A stretch of 25,830 bases of DNA, from assembly GCA_016839785.1 (NCBI GenBank), contig JAEOTQ010000187.1, positions 1-25,830 on the forward strand, read 5' to 3'. Below are positions 8,092 to 16,292 of the stretch, piece by piece. The DNA comes from Candidatus Hodarchaeota archaeon (GTDB lineage: Archaea; Asgardarchaeota; Heimdallarchaeia; Hodarchaeales; Hodarchaeaceae). The position numbers and the translations under genes were made by a program. Each line of letters begins with the position of its first letter. Position 1 is the first letter of the stretch. The notes under the pieces were generated by a model, which was not told the origin of the DNA, did no database searches, and was given only the letters and a program-made list of their open reading frames with translations.

Positions 8092-9273
8092 ATGATGGTA
8101 AAAACAATTGGAATATTAACTGGCGGAGGAGATTGTCCAGGTTTAAATAGCGTGATTTACGGTGTTCTTTTGAAGGCTGCAGATGCTGGTTATAAAGTAA
8201 TAGGTATCGAAAAAGGCTGGAAGGGGTTTTTAGAAAATCGTACACGAGAATTAGATGTCTCTTCCCTTGATGATTTGCATACTGTAGGTGGGACATTGAT
8301 CTACACATCCCGTACAAATCCATACAAAAACGCTAAAGCTATTCAAGAACCTGTGGAAAGAGAAAAAGCGATTAAAGAGACTGCAAAAATGATGGCTTCC
8401 CAAATCAAGACATTAAAACTTGATGCACTCATTACCATTGGAGGAGATGACACATTAGGAGTTGCTGCAGCTATGTATAAGTATGCTGGAGCAAATGTTA
8501 TTGGAGTTCCAAAGACCATTGATAATGACCTATCAAGTACTGATTATACATTCGGTTTTTGGTCAGCAATTCAACTCGCTTCTAATACCATGGATAACAT
8601 CACTACTACAGCCCGTTCACATCAACGCATATTTATTATCGAGGTAATGGGTAGGGATGCAGGGTGGTTAACACTAGTTAGCGGAATATCTGCTGGAGCA
8701 GATATCATATTAATACCAGAAAAACCATTTGATTTACAAAATGACATTATTAATATTCTGAGAGATCGTGTAGACTCTGGACGTAAATATCACATTATTG
8801 CTTGCAGTGAAGGAGCAATTCCGACAAGAGAATCATTTGAACGGGATTTTTCAACAATATCTCAGAATGATATTGATCATCTTCCTAAGGATGATTTTGG
8901 TAACCCTTTACTCGCGAAATTAAACATGTCGAAAGTTCTCGTGAAGGAATTAAATAACCAAAACAAACTTCGAGAGTACTTTATTGAAAAAGATGTAGCT
9001 TATGACATACGTGAGGTGACACTTGGCCATACAATGCGTGCAGGGACACCAAATTCATTTGATCGAATTTTAGGGCTACGTCTAGGGTTACAAGCTATAA
9101 AACTTGTAAATAACAATAATTTTGGTCAAATGGTATGCCTTAATGGAACCGAGATAGGATCAGTTTCGTTAAGTGAAGGGGCTCAAAAGAAATTGGTACC
9201 AAAAACTTCCGATCTTTTGGAAGTTGCAGATTTGATCACCAAAGTCAAGTGTGGAAAACAAAACCATACGTGA
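8092..9273 (+). CDS. pfkA: PfkA-family 6-phosphofructokinase, probably pyrophosphate-dependent
   Basis: TGGGDCPGLN, GGT-x3-TSR, IGGDDT, PKTIDND, EVMGR, LGH-x-x-R-x-G. GGDD together with PKTIDND is the PPi signature. Confidence 0.92.
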   Translation: MMVKTIGILTGGGDCPGLNSVIYGVLLKAADAGYKVIGIEKGWKGFLENRTRELDVSSLDDLHTVGGTLIYTSRTNPYKNAKAIQEPVEREKAIKETAKMMASQIKTLKLDALITIGGDDTLGVAAAMYKYAGANVIGVPKTIDNDLSSTDYTFGFWSAIQLASNTMDNITTTARSHQRIFIIEVMGRDAGWLTLVSGISAGADIILIPEKPFDLQNDIINILRDRVDSGRKYHIIACSEGAIPTRESFERDFSTISQNDIDHLPKDDFGNPLLAKLNMSKVLVKELNNQNKLREYFIEKDVAYDIREVTLGHTMRAGTPNSFDRILGLRLGLQAIKLVNNNNFGQMVCLNGTEIGSVSLSEGAQKKLVPKTSDLLEVADLITKVKCGKQNHT

Positions 9274-9340
9274 TGTTAATCAGAACCTTACTGAAGACTT
9301 TTAATTCCTAAAAAGAGCAGTAGTATAGCAAAATTTCTAT

Positions 9341-11791
9341 TTAAGATTCAATCTTTAGAGATTTTCGCAATTGCAGGAGAAAAATGATTGTAACTGCAAT
9401 TATTGATGCAAGTGGAAGGAGATTGAAAAAAATAAGAGTAAAAGGATTGGAGTCAGATGAGAGAGGATCTGTTCCCATTTGAAATTCGATTCCATCGTTC
9501 CATCCATCGTCATCAGTATCAAAATCCCTTGGATCAGTACCTAAAGTATATTCCTGGAGATTGGACAATCCATCATAATCTAAATCTTTATTTGCATCGT
9601 CAAATCCAGCTAATAGTCCATTTTGGTATTCATAGAGATTTGGCATACCATCAGCGTCTTTATCGTCATAGGAATCATTATGATTTCCATTCAATAAATG
9701 TTGAAATTCATAGTCGTCTGGAATCAGATCACCATCTGTATCCTTGATGCGAGGATTAGTACCAAATACAAACTCAAGAAAATTCATCAAATTATCATTA
9801 TCAGGATCTTCAAATCTATCTTTGAAATAACTTGGATTTAAATTGTATAATCGCTCCCATCGATCAGACATTCCATCAAAATCTATATCAGTAACATTCC
9901 ATAACTTAATAGTTCCATCGGTAGATGAAGAAACAAGTATCTGCCCTGTTGTAGTATAAGAAAGGCTCACAACCGAAGAATTATGGCTTAAAATCCTCAA
10001 CATGAACTGTGTTGTTTCAACATCCCACACAACTATAGTACTATCTTCAGAGCCAGAGGCTAAGGTGAAACCGTCATAATTAAAACTTACAGCTGGAACA
10101 GAGCCACTGTGACCTTGTAATGTTTCTTTCAAAATACCTCTCTCCACTTCCCATAATTTAACGGTCATGTCAAGCGAACCAGAGGCGAGGAGGTTGCCAT
10201 TAGGATTGAAAGCAACATCTAAAACACCAGCAGTATGATTTTGTAGGTTATGGAGTATTTCTCCATTGCTAGTATTCCAGATTTTGATTGTCTTATCGAG
10301 AGAACCTGAGGCTAGGAGACTATCATCAGGATTAAACTCCACAGACTCGACCGAATCAGTGTGGTTAGTCAATGAAAACAGAATTTGACCAGTGGCAACA
10401 TTCCAAAGCAATATTTTTCCGTCAGCAGATCCTGATGCTAATATAATCCCACTAGAACTGATGGATAGGCTTAAAACAGAGGCAGTATGGCCTATGTCAC
10501 TTCTAATTAAATCACCGGAAGTAACATTCCATAAATAGATGTTACCATCTGATGAACCAGCAGTCAGTAAATCTCCTTTAGGGTGAAGTACAACACACAG
10601 GATTGGTTCGGTAAGACCTGTCAATGATTTAATATACAACCCTGTGTCAATATCCCATATACGAATACTTGAATCAGAGGAAACAGATGCTAAAATTTTG
10701 TCGTTTTGTGCGATATCTATGTCCCATACGTGTGAGGAATGTCCTTCTAATGTATAGATTAAAGGATCGGCTATTAACTCATCGAGAGCTGCAGATGCAT
10801 TAATTAAGCCATAACCATACATTGGGTCCATTCCAATATCTCCCAGATCAGTGCTAGTATCATGAAGAATCTCTCTTATTGATTCGATTGGTAAAGAAGG
10901 GTTTATCGAAAGCATAAGAGCAATCACACCTGAAACTAAGGGAGCTGCATAGGAAGTTCCTGAACCATTTACAATTGAAGTATTGTAACCGGTTATAGAA
11001 TAAACATCCTTTCCTGGAGCACAAATCTCATTTTCCGCGCCATATCCAGAAAAATAGGCCAATTTTTGAGAACTGGTTACAGCGGATACAGCAATCACTT
11101 CACTATAATTACCTGGATAAGTAACCTTACCTGAATGATTCCCAGTCACTCCTACAATTATAACGCCAGCTTCATAAGCACGACGGATTGATTCATAAAC
11201 ATAAATTGGTGGAACTCCCCTAGCTTCAAGAGAAAGATTAATGATCTTTGCCCCGTTTAGGACTGCATAATCAATAGCCTCAACAAGTTTCGGCCAGTCA
11301 TCTTCAGTAAAACTGAGGTCGGAACGTAGGAATCTTAAGGACATTATCTTGACATTTGGAGCAACTCCAACAAATATATCATTATCATCATCGGCAGCAA
11401 TTAATCCTGCAATAAATGTACCGTGTTTACTGCCAATTGTATTGGGAGGAGGGAAGGGATTATTGTCATTATCCTGAAAATCCCACCCCATAACATCATC
11501 AACATAACCATTTCCATCATCATCTTTCCCATTACTACTAATCTCACCTAGATTCTTCCAACTGGAATTTATCAAATCTGGATGACCCAAATCGATACCT
11601 GAATCAATAACCGCAACAATAATGTTCGGAGTGCCTTGGGTATACTCCCATGCAGCTGGAATACCCACTTCTTCAATATTCCAATAATAAGATGTAGGTG
11701 AGGCGCAAATAGAAATGGGGTGAATCAATATGCTCAAAAATAATATTGTCCAAATAAAAGAAATTAAATTTCTCCTACAAGAACGGCTCAT
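9341..11791 (-). CDS. Membrane-anchored S8 subtilase fused to a 7-blade WD40 propeller and DxDxDG Ca-binding repeats
   Basis: Triad motifs VAVIDSG, HGTFIAG, GTSYAAP; seven GH...W(D/N/E) repeats; repeated D-x-D-x-D-G-x-x-(D/N)-x-x-E; N-terminal signal and C-terminal TM plus basic tail. Start probably ATG 11791 (GAGGAG upstream); track gives 11812. Confidence 0.9.
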   Translation of the reverse strand: MSRSCRRNLISFIWTILFLSILIHPISICASPTSYYWNIEEVGIPAAWEYTQGTPNIIVAVIDSGIDLGHPDLINSSWKNLGEISSNGKDDDGNGYVDDVMGWDFQDNDNNPFPPPNTIGSKHGTFIAGLIAADDDNDIFVGVAPNVKIMSLRFLRSDLSFTEDDWPKLVEAIDYAVLNGAKIINLSLEARGVPPIYVYESIRRAYEAGVIIVGVTGNHSGKVTYPGNYSEVIAVSAVTSSQKLAYFSGYGAENEICAPGKDVYSITGYNTSIVNGSGTSYAAPLVSGVIALMLSINPSLPIESIREILHDTSTDLGDIGMDPMYGYGLINASAALDELIADPLIYTLEGHSSHVWDIDIAQNDKILASVSSDSSIRIWDIDTGLYIKSLTGLTEPILCVVLHPKGDLLTAGSSDGNIYLWNVTSGDLIRSDIGHTASVLSLSISSSGIILASGSADGKILLWNVATGQILFSLTNHTDSVESVEFNPDDSLLASGSLDKTIKIWNTSNGEILHNLQNHTAGVLDVAFNPNGNLLASGSLDMTVKLWEVERGILKETLQGHSGSVPAVSFNYDGFTLASGSEDSTIVVWDVETTQFMLRILSHNSSVVSLSYTTTGQILVSSSTDGTIKLWNVTDIDFDGMSDRWERLYNLNPSYFKDRFEDPDNDNLMNFLEFVFGTNPRIKDTDGDLIPDDYEFQHLLNGNHNDSYDDKDADGMPNLYEYQNGLLAGFDDANKDLDYDGLSNLQEYTLGTDPRDFDTDDDGWNDGIEFQMGTDPLSSDSNPFTLIFFNLLPLASIIAVTIIFLLQLRKSLKIES

Positions 11792-11798
11792 TAGGAAA

Positions 11799-13130
11799 CT
11801 ATAGCTCCTCAATCTTTATTTGAATTGTTAAATCCTCTGCTTTTCGTTTAATGAAATCAAGACCATAAGTCGGTTTTCGAATAGAGAAAACCATTTGCCA
11901 TGGATCTACAAAAGATTCTTCTTCAACCTTCGTAAACTCATGGCAGAAGGAGCGAAAATTAAAATTTGGATCGTATCTAAGTAAATATCTTTTGGGGGGA
12001 CGAAATTTTTCAATGGCTTTAAGCACGGGTTCGACATTTTCCTCTGCGGAGATGGAAACTAATTTATATTCTGGAAAATGTTTTTTCAGGAGTTCTTTCC
12101 GTATTTTAAGTTGATCCTCTGACAATAAGTCTATTTTATTAATAACTAAAACACGATTATTTTGAGGGATAATTTCATTTACAGTATTAATAGTAACGTT
12201 CAATTTCTGAAGAATTAAATCTAGTGAAGATTCACTACCATCAATAACTATCAAAATAATATCTGCAGCTAAACTTTCTTCTAGAGTGGAACGGAAAGAA
12301 TCTATTAAAAAAGTAGGTAAATCTTCTATAAATCCTACAGTATCTGTAACGAAAATTTTCAAGTCGTCTAATTGAAAACTCCTGATGCGGGTATCTAGTG
12401 TTTCAAAAAGTCGTGAACTGACACTTGCTGCGTCGGTTTTTGTCAAAGCATTCAACAGTGTCGATTTTCCAGCAGATGTATAACCCACAATACTCACATA
12501 CACACTATCGTGATGAAATCTCATGCGGTTAATTCTTCGTTCCACACGTTGTTGTTTCAAAGAGGCTAGCTTTCCCTTTAGGTAAGCCTCACGTTTCTTT
12601 GTTCCTGCATCAAAATCGTGTAATGGATTTTCTCCTGTTCCCCGAAAACCTGCACGCTCTGTATGCCATGCTCCCTCTATGCTTAGCCGATTCATCAATC
12701 TTAATCTTTGTCTTGGACTTTCATATTTTTGCTGAGCTAGTTGAATCTGAATTTTAGCTTCTTCTGTCATTGCTCTAAGTGCAAAAATCTCGAGAACTAA
12801 CTCAAATTTATCAAGTATCAAACATTCCAGTTTCTTCTCCAGATTTATGTGCTGTTTAGCTGATAGATGAACTCCAACAATTATGAAAGTATCAACTAGC
12901 TCTTCAATCTTGGACTTCACTTCAATTAATCTACCTGGTGAAAAGAGATAATTAGGGTTATTTATTCTCAATTGAACCTCTTCTATGATCTTATAATTTG
13001 AGGACTTCACAAGTAGTCGCATTTCATGATTAAGAAACAATTCATTCTTTGTGTTCGGATATGGAAGTAATAATATGCATTCCCCTCTTGGTTCCATTAA
13101 ATCTGTTTCCATTTGTTTTAAAATTTTCAC
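11799..13130 (-). CDS. hflX: Ribosome-associated GTPase HflX
   Basis: LEIFALRAMTEEAKIQIQLAQ, G1 GYTSAGKST, LFETLD, DTVGFI-x-x-LP, F-x-STLEE, NKID. Confidence 0.93.
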   Translation of the reverse strand: MKILKQMETDLMEPRGECILLLPYPNTKNELFLNHEMRLLVKSSNYKIIEEVQLRINNPNYLFSPGRLIEVKSKIEELVDTFIIVGVHLSAKQHINLEKKLECLILDKFELVLEIFALRAMTEEAKIQIQLAQQKYESPRQRLRLMNRLSIEGAWHTERAGFRGTGENPLHDFDAGTKKREAYLKGKLASLKQQRVERRINRMRFHHDSVYVSIVGYTSAGKSTLLNALTKTDAASVSSRLFETLDTRIRSFQLDDLKIFVTDTVGFIEDLPTFLIDSFRSTLEESLAADIILIVIDGSESSLDLILQKLNVTINTVNEIIPQNNRVLVINKIDLLSEDQLKIRKELLKKHFPEYKLVSISAEENVEPVLKAIEKFRPPKRYLLRYDPNFNFRSFCHEFTKVEEESFVDPWQMVFSIRKPTYGLDFIKRKAEDLTIQIKIEEL

Positions 13131-13327
13131 TTCCGATTATAAGTATTCATTCAAAGAAGAATTCCGAGTATTCAGGGAATTTGTTTTGCATGATTCAAGT
13201 AATGTCCTTTTTTACTCTATTTTCGACGGCCTTCTTCTAAAAAGGTTTTTAAATCTGATCTTGACTAGACAAACACGTAATAACGATTGTTAATCTTACT
13301 TTGAAATCCCTTTTGACTTGAAAGACT

Positions 13328-13759
13328 ATGTCGGGTACTAAAACTAATACAAAAACTGGGCCCAAACGGTTGAAAAAACTCGTACAACCCCAAGAGGTAA
13401 TTGTATGGTACGTTCTTCCTGCAATCCGTCGAGTATTAACAAATACACTGATTAATGACCATAGCATGCCTCAAACGGAAATTGCAAAGAAATTTAGACT
13501 CACCGAACCCGCTATCTCACAATATAAAGATAAAGAAGGGAAAAAAAGTACTCGTGGGAACAAAATTGACTTCGAACCAGAGGTAATGAGTGAAATCCTT
13601 GAATCTGCTCGTCGAATTGCAGAGGAAGATAGTTACGCCCCACGTGAAGTCCAACGAATCCTAAAATTTATCGATAACGGTGGATTTTTGTGTAAATTTC
13701 ACCGCCAATATGGAATTACCCACGAAAATTGTAAAATTTGTTTGGATGATGAGAAATAG
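13328..13759 (+). CDS. Archaeal HTH transcription regulator (COG2522-like) with C-terminal Cys/His metal site
   Basis: PQEVIVWYVLPAIRR, HTH QTEIAKKFRLTEPAISQY, C-terminal CKFH...CKIC. Confidence 0.8.
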   Translation: MSGTKTNTKTGPKRLKKLVQPQEVIVWYVLPAIRRVLTNTLINDHSMPQTEIAKKFRLTEPAISQYKDKEGKKSTRGNKIDFEPEVMSEILESARRIAEEDSYAPREVQRILKFIDNGGFLCKFHRQYGITHENCKICLDDEK

Positions 13760-14090
13760 GGGATTAATCGGTTTACTTCAGAAGATACCATATGAATGGT
13801 CTATTTAGAAACGTTGTATCTCTCATTTTAATAATTCTTCATAAATTCGTTTAGGTATCCTTTTTCGGATATTATACTCAATCAATTTTCAGTAAGAATG
13901 CTTTCCTAGAAAATTAATCTCATCGTAACTTTTTACAGATCACTTCTTCTGCTAGACTTACTGGAGATCGTTCTAAATTTGATTTGACTATAGATCTACT
14001 TTTTCGCTAAAACATTTATAAAAACTATAGATTTATATATTAACATTATAATCACATTATTTTCATATATTAAGGATAGATTCTCTAGGT

Positions 14091-14102
14091 ATTTTTATAT
14101 AA
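14091..14102 (+). promoter_or_regulatory. Candidate TATA box for tfb
   Basis: ATTTTTATATAA upstream of tfb; further TTTATA boxes at ~14015 and ~14032 make the choice ambiguous. Confidence 0.35.
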
Positions 14103-14185
14103 GTTGCGAAATACAAATCGCTCACTGAGTAATGTGATACTTAAGAATTGCTTAGTATCAGCAAATTCCTTTGGAGAGTTTTAAC

Positions 14186-15169
14186 ATGGCTTATGAGAGT
14201 TGTAATGAGTGTAATAGTCCCGCTATGGTTTACGATGATCAACGCGGTGAAATTATTTGCGCAGAATGTGGTTTAGTAGCTAATAGTGCGATATTCAGTC
14301 ACGAACCTGAATGGCGAGCCTATAATGCTCAAGAAGAAAAATCAAGAGTCAGGGTTGGACTACCAACAACCTTACTGAATAATAACGAATTGCGAACAAT
14401 CATTGGTGGTAAATCTAAGGACTCCTATGGTAAGTCACTAAACACAGAAACACAAGCAAAATTTGCTCGTTTAACTGTAATGGATGAAAGGATTCAAGAT
14501 CGGACTACAAGAAACTTGAAAAATGCACTAATGGAATTAAAACGTATCAGATCGCATTTGAATTTATCTGATGATACTTGTGAAACAGCTGTCCATATCT
14601 ACAAATTAGCTCTTAAAAAGGACTTGATAAAAGGACGCTCTGTAATTGGTATGATGAGTGCTGCAATATATTTAGCCTGCCGTAAAAAAGGTACAGCTAT
14701 TACTTTGAAAGATACTTCTGAAGTCGCTAATATATCTTCTAAAGAATTAGGTAGATGTATTCGTATTTTCCTTCAAAATGTGAATATGAATAAAACTGCA
14801 ACAGATCCAATAACTCTGGTAAATCGTCTTGGAGAAAATCTAGGTTTAACGATGTATACCCGTAAAATTGCCATTGATATTCTTGTTGAGGCACATGAGA
14901 AAAATTTGACCATTGGGAAAATACCCATGTCACTAGCAGCAGCAGCTATCTACATTGCATCCATTCAGACTGGTGAGCGTCGAACTCAACAACAAATTGC
15001 CGTTCCAGCAAGAACTACACCCGTTACTATCAGAAATCGCTTTAAAGAATTAGCTCGAGGATTAGGGCTTGAAAAGTTTGAAGTGAAACGAGGTGCAGCT
15101 GCAAAACCTGTCATAATAAAAGACCCTACCGCTTGGGTACGCAAAAAAAGGACTTCAATTAAAGCTTAA
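14186..15169 (+). CDS. tfb: Transcription initiation factor IIB
   Basis: Zn ribbon CNEC...GEIICAECG, B-reader PEWRAY...RVG, two cyclin repeats (IKGRS...AAIYLACR; AAAAIYIAS...RTQ...VTIRNRFKEL). Start ATG 14186. Confidence 0.95.
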   Translation: MAYESCNECNSPAMVYDDQRGEIICAECGLVANSAIFSHEPEWRAYNAQEEKSRVRVGLPTTLLNNNELRTIIGGKSKDSYGKSLNTETQAKFARLTVMDERIQDRTTRNLKNALMELKRIRSHLNLSDDTCETAVHIYKLALKKDLIKGRSVIGMMSAAIYLACRKKGTAITLKDTSEVANISSKELGRCIRIFLQNVNMNKTATDPITLVNRLGENLGLTMYTRKIAIDILVEAHEKNLTIGKIPMSLAAAAIYIASIQTGERRTQQQIAVPARTTPVTIRNRFKELARGLGLEKFEVKRGAAAKPVIIKDPTAWVRKKRTSIKA

Positions 15170-15199
15170 ATACCTCATTTTCCGTACACCTGGTGGAGC

Positions 15200-15655
15200 T
15201 TAAGTCTCCACCACTTCTTTTATTTCTAAAATAAAAAATAGCGCGTTGTTGATAAACTCCTTAATGTTCAAGGACAGTAATGATCGAAAACCATATTTAC
15301 CATAGACAAATTTCAGTGTGTCAATAGATTTTTGTAAACGGATGGTTAAAGATAGATCTTTTATTTGAGAATTATTCTCTTCCAGCATTTGCAACTCTGT
15401 AACCCGTTGTTCATATGCAGCCATAGGTAAGAAGAAATTGGAATCCTCTAGATGACTTTGGAATGGTGTATTGCTACTTGTGCCAACAGTCTCCATCAAC
15501 GCATCAACAGCGATGATCATACTTAGTACCACGAGTTTAACGGCAAATAATTTATCTAGTGTAGTGGTTGCGTTTACGTAAACCCTTATAGCGCTATTCA
15601 AGTATCCATGGGCGTCCTCAAACACAGTCACTATTTTAACTATCCTTAAATTCAC
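15200..15655 (-). CDS. Hypothetical helical protein, weakly HEPN-like
   Basis: 151-aa ORF filling the gap between tfb and yjbQ; pattern EDAHGYLNSA...AVDALM and terminal FINNALFFILEIKE resembles HEPN helices; no RxxxxH motif. Confidence 0.55.
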   Translation of the reverse strand: MNLRIVKIVTVFEDAHGYLNSAIRVYVNATTTLDKLFAVKLVVLSMIIAVDALMETVGTSSNTPFQSHLEDSNFFLPMAAYEQRVTELQMLEENNSQIKDLSLTIRLQKSIDTLKFVYGKYGFRSLLSLNIKEFINNALFFILEIKEVVET

Positions 15656-15776
15656 TTAAGTGATTTCTAATGGACGATTTTCTCGTTATCTCCGATTAAC
15701 TTTTACTTGACTAAGTCTGGTTATCTAGGATGTTTTTAAGGCTGTTGATTAAGCTGAAAGATTTCTGGTAGAGAGA

Positions 15777-16196
15777 TCATTCCCCGACAATCGTAACGAT
15801 TAGATGCCTAACACGAGGTTTGTCATCCAATTCGAGAAAAGCTATTTGTTGCCAGGTTCCGTGAATTAATTTCCCTTTATGGATGGGTACAGTCAAGGAA
15901 GGACCCATTAGAGAAGCACGAACATGACTATGGCCATTATTATCATGCCACGTCTGCTCATGCTGATACGTTAACGATTTAGGAATAATTCTTTCAAGAA
16001 AATCAGGAATATCTTTCAGAAGCCCTGGTTCAAATTCCAAAGTTATGATTGCACCAGTAGACCCTGCATTAAATATATTAACTATACCTTCCTTGATTCT
16101 AGATTGATTTACAACGGTTTCTACTCTATCAGTAATATCTATAATATCAGTTTCGTAAGTTTTAGATAATTTAATTTCCAAATGCATAACAGTCAT
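15777..16196 (-). CDS. yjbQ: YjbQ/UPF0047 family protein
   Basis: IIDIT, GST-x3-T-x-E-x-EPGL, NGHSHVRASLMGPS, GTWQQI; start ATG 16196 with GGAGG upstream. Confidence 0.93.
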   Translation of the reverse strand: MTVMHLEIKLSKTYETDIIDITDRVETVVNQSRIKEGIVNIFNAGSTGAIITLEFEPGLLKDIPDFLERIIPKSLTYQHEQTWHDNNGHSHVRASLMGPSLTVPIHKGKLIHGTWQQIAFLELDDKPRVRHLIVTIVGE

Positions 16197-16292
16197 AAAT
16201 TTATCCTCCAAAAATAATTTACTCTTTAAATTTCATCTCAATTTCATGTATATCTTTATTTGGCTAATGTTTGAATCTGTTATCTATCAAAT

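Noticed and set aside
7090-8647. ORFs 7090-7356, 7806-8015, 8000-8323 and 8462-8647
   Set aside because: They overlap better-supported genes in other frames or on the other strand.
9890-10760. ~126-bp periodic similarity
   Set aside because: Explained by WD40 coding repeats; not a CRISPR array or DNA-level repeat.
13049-13467. Short ORFs in and around the hflX/regulator gap
   Set aside because: They overlap real genes and the divergent promoter region; no motifs.
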